This document shows, piece by piece, positions 49,501-61,500 of a stretch of DNA of 64,000 nt. The translations under genes were made by a program, and so were the position numbers. How positions within the stretch are numbered: position 1 is the first letter of the stretch; each line of letters starts with the position of its first letter. This DNA is from Ascidiella aspersa (Eukaryota), in assembly GCA_963924565.1 (NCBI GenBank), contig OZ004615.1:5456001-5520000 (forward strand), read 5' to 3'. Under the pieces are notes generated by a model that had not been told where the DNA came from, did no database searches, and saw nothing but the letters and a program-made list of their open reading frames with translations.

Positions 49501-52500
49501 ATCGTAACGTTACTATAGTTAGTTAAAACACCAAGTTTCAAGCATTCCGGGAGGTTTAATTTCACCTAAAATTACGTATAGTTTACCACATATTCAACTT
49601 AACTTTAACATTTGTAGCCAACCGGAGAGCTACCCGCAGGCAGGCCTAAGATCGAACCACTGTCGCAACCCCAACGGGGACAGATCCACCCCCTGGTGCT
49701 ACACCATGGACCCCAACGTCGAGTGGGAGGAATGCAGCATTCCAGTTTGCCCAAGTAAGGACATTTGAGTATTATATGTTTCCTAAATTTTAGTTTGAAG
49801 GTTCAGTGATAGTTTCGGGTCCTGCTTCTCAAGCTTTTGGAATGTCCGGTATTTTGGATTTCGTTCAACTACCAATATAACTTAGGCGAAAGACGATCGT
49901 TTAATTCCGTTCAAAATGGTCATTATTGTAATTAAAAAAATTAAAATAAAATTGGACGTTCAAAATTAATATTTTCTGAGTGATACTAATATTTTTTGTT
50001 TTGTCGTTACTTTCAATTATCAACTTTAATTTAAAAAAAATTCTAGAAAACACCGCTTCGGAACGGTTTTGAGGCTAAAACCTGCATTAATTGTAGGAAT
50101 TATGTTTAGGCTTGTGCAAAGGCCCCCTTTTCACTACAAAGAGAAACAACTAACCATGCAAAAAGTGGGTTTAAATCAACATGGCGCCTAAGTTAAAATA
50201 AGACTATTTAGCATTGCAGCTAATAACGTTTTTTTGCTTCTGAACAGGTTATACACCGGCTGGTTGGTCTCCTGTCAGTGCCAGTAAAGACCAGTGGATA
50301 CAAGTTTCTTTCGATGGATTTTACAAGGTACTTGCACTCGTTAGGATTATTGTTTTGCAATTTTGTTACTATATTGTATGACTTAATATTTCCCTTCTTT
50401 AGAAGTATATCGTGTTTTGGGTCTTTTTGTTTGCCAAAGACTGTTTCACAACCTTTACCGGGTTTTAAAGATAGATTGCTGTACTTAAAAAATAAATAAA
50501 AAAGGTACTTAAAAAATAAATAAAAAAGGAAAAAATCTATTTTTCTTAAAAAATACTACTTAAAAAAACTGTGGTTGTTAACCGACGTGGAATTAATTCA
50601 TGCATTTAATATATTATGTCCATTTTATTTATTGAATATTATCCTCAACAAATATCGCTTTGTAATCCTTAAAATACCAATGTGCAGTGAGTGTATGAAA
50701 CCTTGCAAGATTTTAATCAAAACACTGTATTGTTACAGCTCTCTGGCGTCACAATGTACGGCGGCCGCTCGTCGTTTGTGACGGCATACACGATTCGCTT
50801 CAGCGACGACGCAATCAACTTCAAAACGTACAACGACCAGAACGGAGACATTCACGTGAGTGTTTCGATGCGGGTCAAAGTTCGATTTTAAAACTTGTTT
50901 CGACAAAGGCCATTGTGGGATTCCATTCTTGTTGTTTGTCAATAAACGGTGACCATTTAACCTTTAAAGTCCCGTGTTGAAAATGAATAACGATTTTTTT
51001 TTCGAAACGTTCAAAATGATACCACTTCTGTATATGCTTTAATATTCTTACTACGTCTTACTCCTTCAACTAGTATGCTCCAAACTTTACAGCAATAGAT
51101 TAGCATTATTTAGTACGAATTTATTTAATATGAGCTACGTATTAGTATTGCTTGCACCATATTGTCAAATTTAGTATAAATATTTTTCGAAACCAATCTT
51201 AATAAATCGAACCTTATAAAACTACTGCAGACGGCGACGTAACCCAATTTTTTTGTCGCGACCCATAGGTTGAGAAACACTGTTTTGGGAAGTAGCCTTC
51301 AGACAATAACCCGTCGTTTCTTTAAAATTGGAGTAAAACTGAAAACTTTATCGTATTACTTTTTGCTGAGTGATGTGACTCACGATACTATTCAAAAACA
51401 ACGCAGTAATACTAAAACAGCCTGTTAAAATTTCTTAAGGGGGTCCATATCACGATGTCCCGGCTCCTAAAGGCGCCATTGCCTTTATTTTATTCGTTTA
51501 CCTTCGCAGAACCGCAAAACGACCTAGTAACCTCAGCCCGAACATAACGCCAACACTTTACTATCGGCGAATCGACCCTTACCCCCTGCGACAATGTTAG
51601 CTTTTGCTCACCAAAGTTCCTGGTACAGGAATCGGCGCAAATATTGGGTCGTGACGCAACTGGCGCGCAATAACGTCAACATCGCGCCAGCTTTGCACCG
51701 TCCTGAAAGCCATGTTGAGCAAATAATGCATTGAATATCGGTGATATCGCTGCATACGTGGGTACCATGTTTTTGCGCTTGTCACCTTCGCAAATAGCGG
51801 ATTTCGAAACAAATGTTTGCTGTGGGAAATAGCGCCGCAATGTGTGACCTTGATACGAACCCAGCGCATGTAGTGTGTAAAATTCAACGGCAAAATAAAA
51901 AAAGTATTTGATATGTTTTACACTATAGTCAGATTATGACCAATATTTGTATATTGTTATATTGCGCGTTAAAAGTGCGTTCATTTAAGTAAGTTTGCTA
52001 CACTTTATTTTCAAAACCATCAAAATGCGCAAAACAGTGCCCAAAAAAGAATGTACTTCGGAAAATATTTTGATTGTTGACTTATACGACTGATAAATGC
52101 TACTTTATCGCAGCATGTTTATTGAGGATAACTCTTGCCTAAGTAAAAACGTTTTTTTGTCGCTTTAGAAACTTGTATTACTTCTTTGCTTAAAAAGCAG
52201 CCTGTCTGTTTTTTTTTTCAGCCTGTCACCCTTTATTTTTTGTCATTCTGTAGCGTATTTTTTATTATTTTTTTTCGTACTCTGTCCTATTTGGCAAATT
52301 TATAGGCCTACCTACCGGATACACATAACACTCTTGGCATTTCTGCGAGCTCACTTTGACTCGGTCTTAATGCCTTTGTACTCAACCCTGCAATAAATAC
52401 AAACGCTTTGTGCTGTTGTAGATATTCCGTGGCCTCAGCGCAGGCGAGGCTTCCTACCTGGACATCCTGCGAGAGCCGATCACCACCAAGCACGTGCGTC

Positions 52501-55500
52501 TTTATCCGGACCAGTGGAGTGGCGAGCCCGCCATGCAGTTCGAGCTGAACGGTTGCTATGCCGACGACCGCATCACGTGCTCAGGTTTGGCGCGTTGTTT
52601 TGTGGGTTATGACGTCACTGGTTGGTCTACTTTGGAAAAGGGCTTTCCTCTGAATATAGACTCTATGGTTACCCATCGAATGTTTCATTTGACTTTCCGG
52701 TGAAGTATTAGCCTACTTTCTTCGCTGAGCGGCGATAAAAATTATGTCGTTTGAAAAACCCATTAACTGTTTATTCCTGGTCAATGTATCAAGTAGCAAT
52801 ATGATGAAAGTTTTATTTTTCGCAATGTAGCTCTATCTCAGAAAGTGCATATATTTTACCTGTATTTCCGAGAGTTCGTCGACTTATTTAAATAAGCAGA
52901 ACGGTCCACACAGGAAAACGAATTGGGAATCCCTATAGTTCAAGCTGAGTAACAGTGCCTCTCAACCATTTGTGACTCTATAATCTTTAATAACAAACAA
53001 GATTTTCTTTGGAACACTATATACGGATCTGTTCATAAGTTTATTGATGAAAATAACGGCCCAAATAGACGTTAAAAGCGTGATAGGCATATCACTGATG
53101 ATGGCATTAGAAATTGCCGAAACGTTTGAAAATAAAGCATGTCGCTTTTAACGCGTATTTGGGCCGTTATTTTCATCATTAAAGACTTTCTTTGATTGAA
53201 TACTAATAATACGTAATAGTAATTTGCGTTAAGGATCCTTTCGCTTCTTCATTAATTACAGAACACAAGTTTGCCTACCTTCATTCGCCCAACTGTTCAT
53301 TAAAGTCTATATTGTTACACGAATGAACGTGTTAAGCTAAATAGGTGAGCTGGTAAACCGATTTATTCATTTGTCGTCGTAACAATGACCCCTTTGTCCA
53401 GATACGGGGGATCTTTGGCAAGATGAAGAGGGGGCCTACACGGTCGAGTGTCCCTCGGGCTGCGTGGAAGACCCAGAAGCCCAACCAGTTTACGGAACCG
53501 AAACCTACACCAGGGTAAGTCGAGGAATAGAAAGTTTTACCACCCAGTAAAGAAGTGTAGAGTATTTACTATTTTTCATAGTTAGTGTAGAGCAGGGGTT
53601 CTTAAACTGGGGTCCATGGACCCCTTAGGGGTCCGTGAACTAGTTTTAGGGGGTCCATGAAGGCCTAAGAACTAGTGCATACTTAAGAAGCAATTATTTT
53701 TTAAAAGAAAACACTTTAATTAAAAATTAAACGGTTTTGCACTGAATGTGTAGTTAGACTCCATTTAACTTTCACATTTTTCGGACCGAAATAAACAGAG
53801 TTCTGAAGTCTATTTGTATTGTGACGTCATATTATGACATCATTTTGGAGCATTTCTCGCCTACCGGGGTCCGTGCAAAGCAAAAAAAAATTTTAGGGGT
53901 CCGCGGTAAAAAAAGTTTAAGAACCCCTGGTGTAGAGCTACCATATTTTCAGCAACCAAAAAGAGGACATTTTTCTGCCGGCAAGTAAAACGGAAGTAGA
54001 ATTGTTATGGGTTTGATGATGTTTTACAGTTCCTTGGTAGTTGCAGGCAAAAGTTACAAAAACAAAGCAAAGAAAAATGACAAAAACAGACACAAAAACA
54101 TCAAATCAAATTTATTTTTCAGATTAAGGCCTTGAATACTTTGCGGTTCCCTTAACTTTTGCCAATAAGGAATGATTATTTTTAACGAGATCGTGAAACT
54201 GTTTACACGAAATATCATTGAAATTGTATACAACCGCCAAGACAGTAATTTTTAAGAAATTAATATTAAGTCTCGCCTAAAAGTCTTGTTGAAAGTATAA
54301 GCAACTAACTCGAAATGCAAAAAAGAGGACATTTGGGCATTTTTGAGCGTCCTCGGAGGACCATTTACTTTTCTTGGGAAAAGAGGACAAATCCGCTTAA
54401 AAGAGGACATATGGCAGGATTAAGTTAGTGGTATTTCGGTTTGGAAGTGTTTGGTTTGTGACAAGAAACTTTGAATAGAGTAGGACGGCTAGTATTTTTC
54501 TTATGAAACTGAATAGTTTGTTTGCTGTTGAAACTTTTTCCCAATTGTTGACCATTGGTTGATTTTGTTAGGTGTGCTATGATTCAGTAATTCCAGTAAC
54601 GGATGAGGTTTCACTTATTGCTCAATGTTGTAATGATTTATTGAGTGTGAATTTTTATATTTACTTGTAAAGTATATTATGGTCTAAAGACTTGACTTGA
54701 TTAGATTGAAAATAACTTAGAATTCACTTTTTTCACTTGTCCAACTTAAGAATTTAAGTCAAACTTGACTAGGTATTTGTAGGTAACCAATTGGTATAGA
54801 GCAGGGCTACTCAACTATTATTAGGAAAGGTACAATTACAAAATTTAAAATTTGCTTAGGTCTGTTATAACTCTCATGAAATAATTTACAGTCATACAAA
54901 CTGTAATACGGTATAAGTCCTTCGCTTCAACTGAGAATTCTGTCATGCCGTTACTATGCAAAGGGGTTTTCAACGAACAGCAGCAATTGTTTGCCGAGAA
55001 AACAATCATCAAATCGTTTTGCCCAGTAAATACTGAGACAGATAAGGTCCGGATTCGACATTGAAAAGGTCCGCATTCAGGCCGCGGTTCCGCCAGTTGA
55101 GTAGCCCTGTTCATATGGAGTATAGACTCATTTTATTTAAAAATAATGTCTTAATTGGTTAAGCTTATTGGGTCTTTTCGTGGTTTAGCACTCGTCTGTG
55201 TGTCGTGCTGCTGTCCACGCTGGTCGGGTCCTCAACTCCCACGGTGGACCGGTCACCGTCGAGCCAAAAGAGGGACTGGTGTCTTACGGGGGGAGCTACG
55301 CCCACGGAATCACTTCCCAGGAGTAAGTGATTGGACTGCGTTCGAAGTCCGACATTTTTTTTTTAACAAAACTGTCAGCAAAGATAAAATATAGAGTTAT
55401 CTCAACCAGGCAACAAATCAATAGATAGAAAACGCTCTTTTGGTGTAAGCGAAGTGTAAACTGACGTTTCGGCAGCAGATACCAGCTGACTTCATCAGGG

Positions 55501-58500
55501 TTAATAATAAAACAGGAGTGCGTTAGCCAGCTTATATACTAAGAAATACAAAAATAAAAAGATCCAAAGTGAAACTTTGTTAATGACTCTATACTCCTAT
55601 ATGGTATTAAATTGCGATAAAATGCTATAGGGGTTAAATTACCTTTTTCTTTTTCCAACCATTTTGGTCAAAAGTGATTTAAGCTTTTTGGCGACCAAGT
55701 AATGATTTTGACCAAAAATGACCGCCAATAATTTGACCGTTTTTTCTGTTAGGTTTTGTGTTAAAATTTCATTAATCGTATACGAGCTACCACGAACATC
55801 TCTTGTTTTTCTCTGCAGTTTTGGACCCTATGGTGCTTCGTTCCATTTCACTGGCAAAAGTAAGTAGTTAATCACAACTTTACACTTTACTGAAAAGCAC
55901 ATTAATTGGTAACAATCATTGTAAGATACTGAAGAATTGTACTATCACTCAGTTACTGAGCGGCAGGACCTTTTATGAAGATTAAATATCTTTCAACAAT
56001 TTTTTTGTATATATGCAATGTAGAAAAACTAGTCAGTGATTGGATTGGAACCCACGGCTTTCGTCACATGGGGACCTTCGCTTCATATGTGACCAAAGCA
56101 CTGCTTGTTCCCAAACGAAAACTTTTAGAATCCTGTACTCGAATCCTAAAAAAAAGCTTTGTGTTATTATCTTGGAAGGTGTACGTTGTGCTAGCCTTGA
56201 TGCCGCTTGCCACGCAAATAAGTTTTTTTGTTGTAACTTGAAAGTTTGGAAACAACGGGTTTGAATTAAAAACAGACACAGGTTTTGTCATAAAGTCTTT
56301 GGATCTTTGAAAGTCGTTGTTTCTTATTTTTATTGATTTTCACATTGAAAAGTCTTTACAAAAACCCTATGTTTTTGCGAAAGTATAGTCTTTTATTTTG
56401 TACAGGTGATTTGATTCTTTGAAAAAGATTTTTTTCTCTTTAAAAGTCTAGTCCTTCATATCAAAAAAAAAAAACTGGGGGCAATGCAAACACACAAACG
56501 CATCATCGTGTCCGTCCGTTTTATAGCACTTCGCTGCGACGATGGCTGGCTTCCCTGGAAGGACCACTGCTACTACATCTCGAACAAGGGGGTGGCTCTC
56601 AATTGGCACGACGCCAGGGGCGACTGTATAAGCAGGGGAGGCGACCTCGCTTCGATCCTGACCCAAGGCGAGAATGACTTTATCAATGCACAACTCTTAG
56701 TGGCAGGTGAGCGATTATACGACTTTGCAAGTTGCGCGCATTAATTTTATGTCGGAAAATTAGTCATTTTGTTACAACGGGAGTTTTCTGCATCCAACTT
56801 CTAACCAGACTGATGGATCCACAGTAATACAGAACTGGGTCCGGCTACGAAGCAATAACAACAAAGTTGCTTCCTCACAGGCTAAATTAGGTTTTTCATT
56901 TGAGCAATTTTACATTCTTTCGAGCAAGAGAAGGAAAAAAATTCATAGCGTCAGCCCTTTGCAATTTAAAATGGCTCCGGCCCAGCTCTGGCTCCATAAG
57001 GACGCGTTTACTCTACAGCTGAGCAGAGCTGAGCTGGGCGTAACATTGCGTTTGTACTATGGCTGCGTAACAGACAAGCAAAATCACTTTCACGTTCGAT
57101 GGCAGTCGAGCAAAGCGTGAAAATCGGCGTAACCCTTTACTAGCTGCACGGGGCTTGAGTTAAGCAAAGCGTGAAACGCTCGCCACAATAGAAATTAAAT
57201 GCAAATTACGCTTTGTTCAGCTCAGCGCAGCTGTACTGTAAACGGGCCTTAAAAGAGTAAAACGGGCCTTAAAAAATAACAATAGCTCCTGGGCCCCGAG
57301 CTCGGCACCTTTTCCGGCTCCGCAGCCCTGGGTCGGAGGTTTGTAATTTGTACCGTAGGTTAATCTAGTGTTGAGATGAAGGTTATAGGCCATTGATTAT
57401 ACTTAAACGCAAGTGTTAGGGCGATAATTGCGTTAGCGTTTGGGAGCTTCGTTATCTTTATTTGTTTACATTGTTGAAAAACTTGCATGTTAGGGAATAA
57501 CCCACTTCATTGGATCGCGAACTTGCAATAACTTTGACAGGCACCTTTCTTTCGGACCAATATTGATATAAGAATTTAAACAGGACATCGGCTGCCAATC
57601 ATTGGTTTAAGATACCGTTAGGAGATCGGTAATGCATTAGGTTTTGTAACGTTGCTTTACTACTTTTTATTTATTTGTTCGATGGGTACAATAGCCCTAA
57701 ATAGCATAGTTACAGGATCCTGCTTCGGTACGAGTGTTCATAATAGGAAATAATCGTGGTTTTGTTTGTTTCTGGTCTTCAGGCCTAACAACTTTTTAAT
57801 ATAGTTTTTTATCTTTCGTAATGTTGGAAAACACAGCAAAAGTCCTATGGTGTTGCGTAATAAATAATAAGAATATCAGACCCCTACAGAAGTAACTATC
57901 AATTTGAACGTTTTGAAAACTCTTTATTCATTTTCAACATATTCATTTTTCAACATTTTCGTTTTTCGACATTAATTTTTTAAGAGTTATTCGAAACGTT
58001 CAAAATGATACCTACTCCTGTATAGGCTTTGATATTCTTATTACGTCTTGCTACAGCCTCCAACCATTATTTTGCCATAGTGTTGTTTATAAAAATAAAA
58101 ATAGTCATAGCTCGGAGAAGCACAATGTTGATTTTCTATTGCCTTTTTGCAGATGTCGGCGGCGACATTTGGATTGGACTGAACGACTTGGAGATCGTCA
58201 ACTACTACAAGTGGTCGGACGGGAGCCCAGTCACCATGACCAAGTGGTTTTGGGACGAACCGAAGCAAACGGTGTGTACACAATAGTTTGTCATAAACTT
58301 CATCAACGTCTACAAATTATCAACGTCTACATAAAGCAGGGGTGTCCAACAAGCGGCACGCGCGCCAAATGTGGTACTCGACCAAATAAAAAATGGCACG
58401 CAAGCCCCCCTAAATTACTTAATTTGCTATTCAGCCAATTGTAAAAAATACCTAATTTTTTATACAGTAAATTGCCATTGTATATTCACAATATAAAACA

Positions 58501-61500
58501 ATCACTGCAATCACGACAACTAACAATTACTTCTAATACTATGACATTACATTGTAGTGGAGTCTAGCATTCATATAACTATAAAGTTTGGTGTAAAGAA
58601 ACAGAAAGCAAAAGTCAGCTCACCGACGGACATTTAGATGCAGTAATGCGCACTGCTAACTACACGTTTTTATTATTTGTAAAAAATTTTATATTTAATA
58701 AAAATGTTTATATAGCTTTTATTATTAGAAAGAATTATATTACTAAACTTTGGCACGGGAAAAAGTTATAGGATAAAAATTGGCCGGCATGTTTAAGTTG
58801 GACACCCCTGACATAAAGGGAAGGTCCCATACAATTTTTTGATATTGTTACCTGCGATTCTGAGCAAAAACTCGACCTTCCGGACCAAAACATAATGACG
58901 TTTAAACTGCAGTGTTGTAAACTATTCATTTTGAAACAACTGAAGTCCCATTCAGTTCCCTTTCAAGTCTTTGGCCTAACATGTCAACCGTAAGTCTACT
59001 CTAGTCCTTTCGTTTTGAAACAAAGTATTAAATGAAGAAAATTGGTGATCTGCAAACATCACTAACGTAACGTATTGCGAGCAAACTGTTTCACGGGCAG
59101 AAATAAGGGTAAATAATTTGACAAAATGACTTAAGGGCAATTCAAATCATTCGGTTCAAAAGACTTAAGTCAAGCCAAGCCATTTGAAAACAGTGACTTA
59201 AGTACACTTAAGTCAAGTCAATGACTTAAATCAGTACAGCACTGTTGCTATTTAATCAGAACAAGCAATGCGTGAACATCTACCGCTTTGAGGGCTACTG
59301 GAACGACAAGAGCTGCGATGACGTGTACCCGTACTTGTGCAAGAAGGAAAAGGAACTTCTACCCCCCCTGGAAGGACCCCCGCCCGGAGATGAGGGGTGC
59401 GACGCCGGATGGACCGCATTCGGTGGGTCGACCGTGTTTAATTTATATTTTTTTTGGTCGATGGACCATGATTTGCTTATTACACATATACTTGTGAATT
59501 GTGATTTGGGAAACTTATTTGACTTAAAAAGTCAGGACCGGCAGTAATATCAGCAATATCCACATGGTCATATGAAAAGCTTCAAAACAAAACCCGTTTA
59601 CGAAGTAAGAATATCAAAGCCCATACAGAATTAGGTAGAATTTTGAACGTACCAAAAATTCTTTATTTATTTTCGACTTCATTTTAAAATCATTTTCAAA
59701 TGAACAAAGCGTTATTCGAAGCGTTCAATGATGCCTACTTTTGTACGGCATTAACATTCTTACTACGTCCTACTACAACCTCAAGCCATTGTGCTTCAAA
59801 CCCCGTTTAGATCATCATTATCAAACAATTCGGCATGACTAATGTGAGAATTCGAAAACGTCGAAGATATATAGACACTGAAGTCTATGATATATCACTG
59901 TGATCGCAAAAACACCAATAAAACTATCAACCTGTCTAAACGACCATAAAATTGCTTGACAAACACCAATAAGGTAGTAACATCTTCTGGTGCAAGGCAA
60001 GTACAATGGATGTCTAAGTCGTCTTTACTATCCTCTGATCACTAAAGAAGGTTTAAAGTAGAACAATTATTTTCTTACCAGATCACATAAAAAAATATAC
60101 ACTGGTCAGATGACGTAATCCTCAATAGGGCCAGATTGAAATAAATTTTGCTTATTTTTCTTTCTCCACTATTATCTTAATTCTCCCTTTGCTGTTAGTT
60201 TTAGTTAATTTCGATGGATAATATATTGTTTGGTTTTATTGTGTTTTTATTTTAAATGATACATATAGGCAGGGTTGTCATACCGTCTTTATTTCTAAGA
60301 GTTGTCCTTATTTTAAAGAGCCAGGTCTTAGAAAACCTAAATGTACATATTTTTAAGAAAAGTCCTTATACTTGACTTGTGTCCTTATTTTGTCTTACTT
60401 TCAACGACTACAGAACTTGTTTTTTTTTTTTGCGAAGTGGTTGGTAATGGGGAAATGGGTGCGCAGTGCAGTCGACACTGTGGTTAAATCAGGAAAGCGA
60501 TAAGCAAGGGTGACCAACACATTGATCGTAATCGACTGTTCGATTGCCACATTTCACCAAGTCGATCGTGTTATGTGTCGGATTTCTAAAATAGCGTTCT
60601 TCAAGGATTAACAGGAGTAGACCAACAACCAAACCATAAACCTTGATAAATTGCTGGAGCAGCTTGTTTCTGGAAAAAATATGGAATGTGATATGACACG
60701 CCTCGTATAAATATAATCCATTTCCAAAAACGTTTTTTAAATGCTAATCTAATTTTTCGTTTGTCCTTATTTTTGGGTTCATGTCGATGGCCTCCCTGCA
60801 TATAGGTCGCCGAAGTTTAAAGTGATTGGGGCATGGTCCGCTCCTGCGTTTACTACAATGTATTGCATATAGGATACTGACAGTGCAATGCTTAAGTTTC
60901 ACGAAAAACCTCTTATGTTTTTTTTTCAGGTTCGTCTTGCTACTGGGCGAGCAACGACGAGTTCATGTTCATCTACGCCAACCGAATCTGCGAGGAAAGT
61001 GATGCCAAGCTGGCCGCCGTCCACGACGATTACGAGCAGTCGTTCATCCACGCATTGGTAAAAAACTTCTCGTTATTTCGTATTGAAAATTGGGGTGTTT
61101 TTCCAACATAATTTTTTATAACTGAAAGTACAGCAATTACTTCAAAACGCCTTATAATGCTAAATAATAAAGATTAGAGCGTTTAGAGAAGTGTTACTCA
61201 AATTTTGTCAGCCTGCGTCACACTATAAATAAATAAAAACATTCGCGCTTTCACAAAACCGTGCAGTTATAACTTCACAGCAACCCTACACGGCAAGGTA
61301 TAGACTTATAGAGTACGCAAAAACAAAAATGTTATCATTTCTCTATTAATAGTTTACATCCAAGTATCCCATATTTATCTGCATGAATACATGCGTAATA
61401 CAAATATGTTATTTGCAAAGTTAAAAAAAGAGTTCTGCGGCACACAGTAGAGAATTCTTGCTTTATAGATTAAATACAGCGTCAATCATCATTGCTTGCA

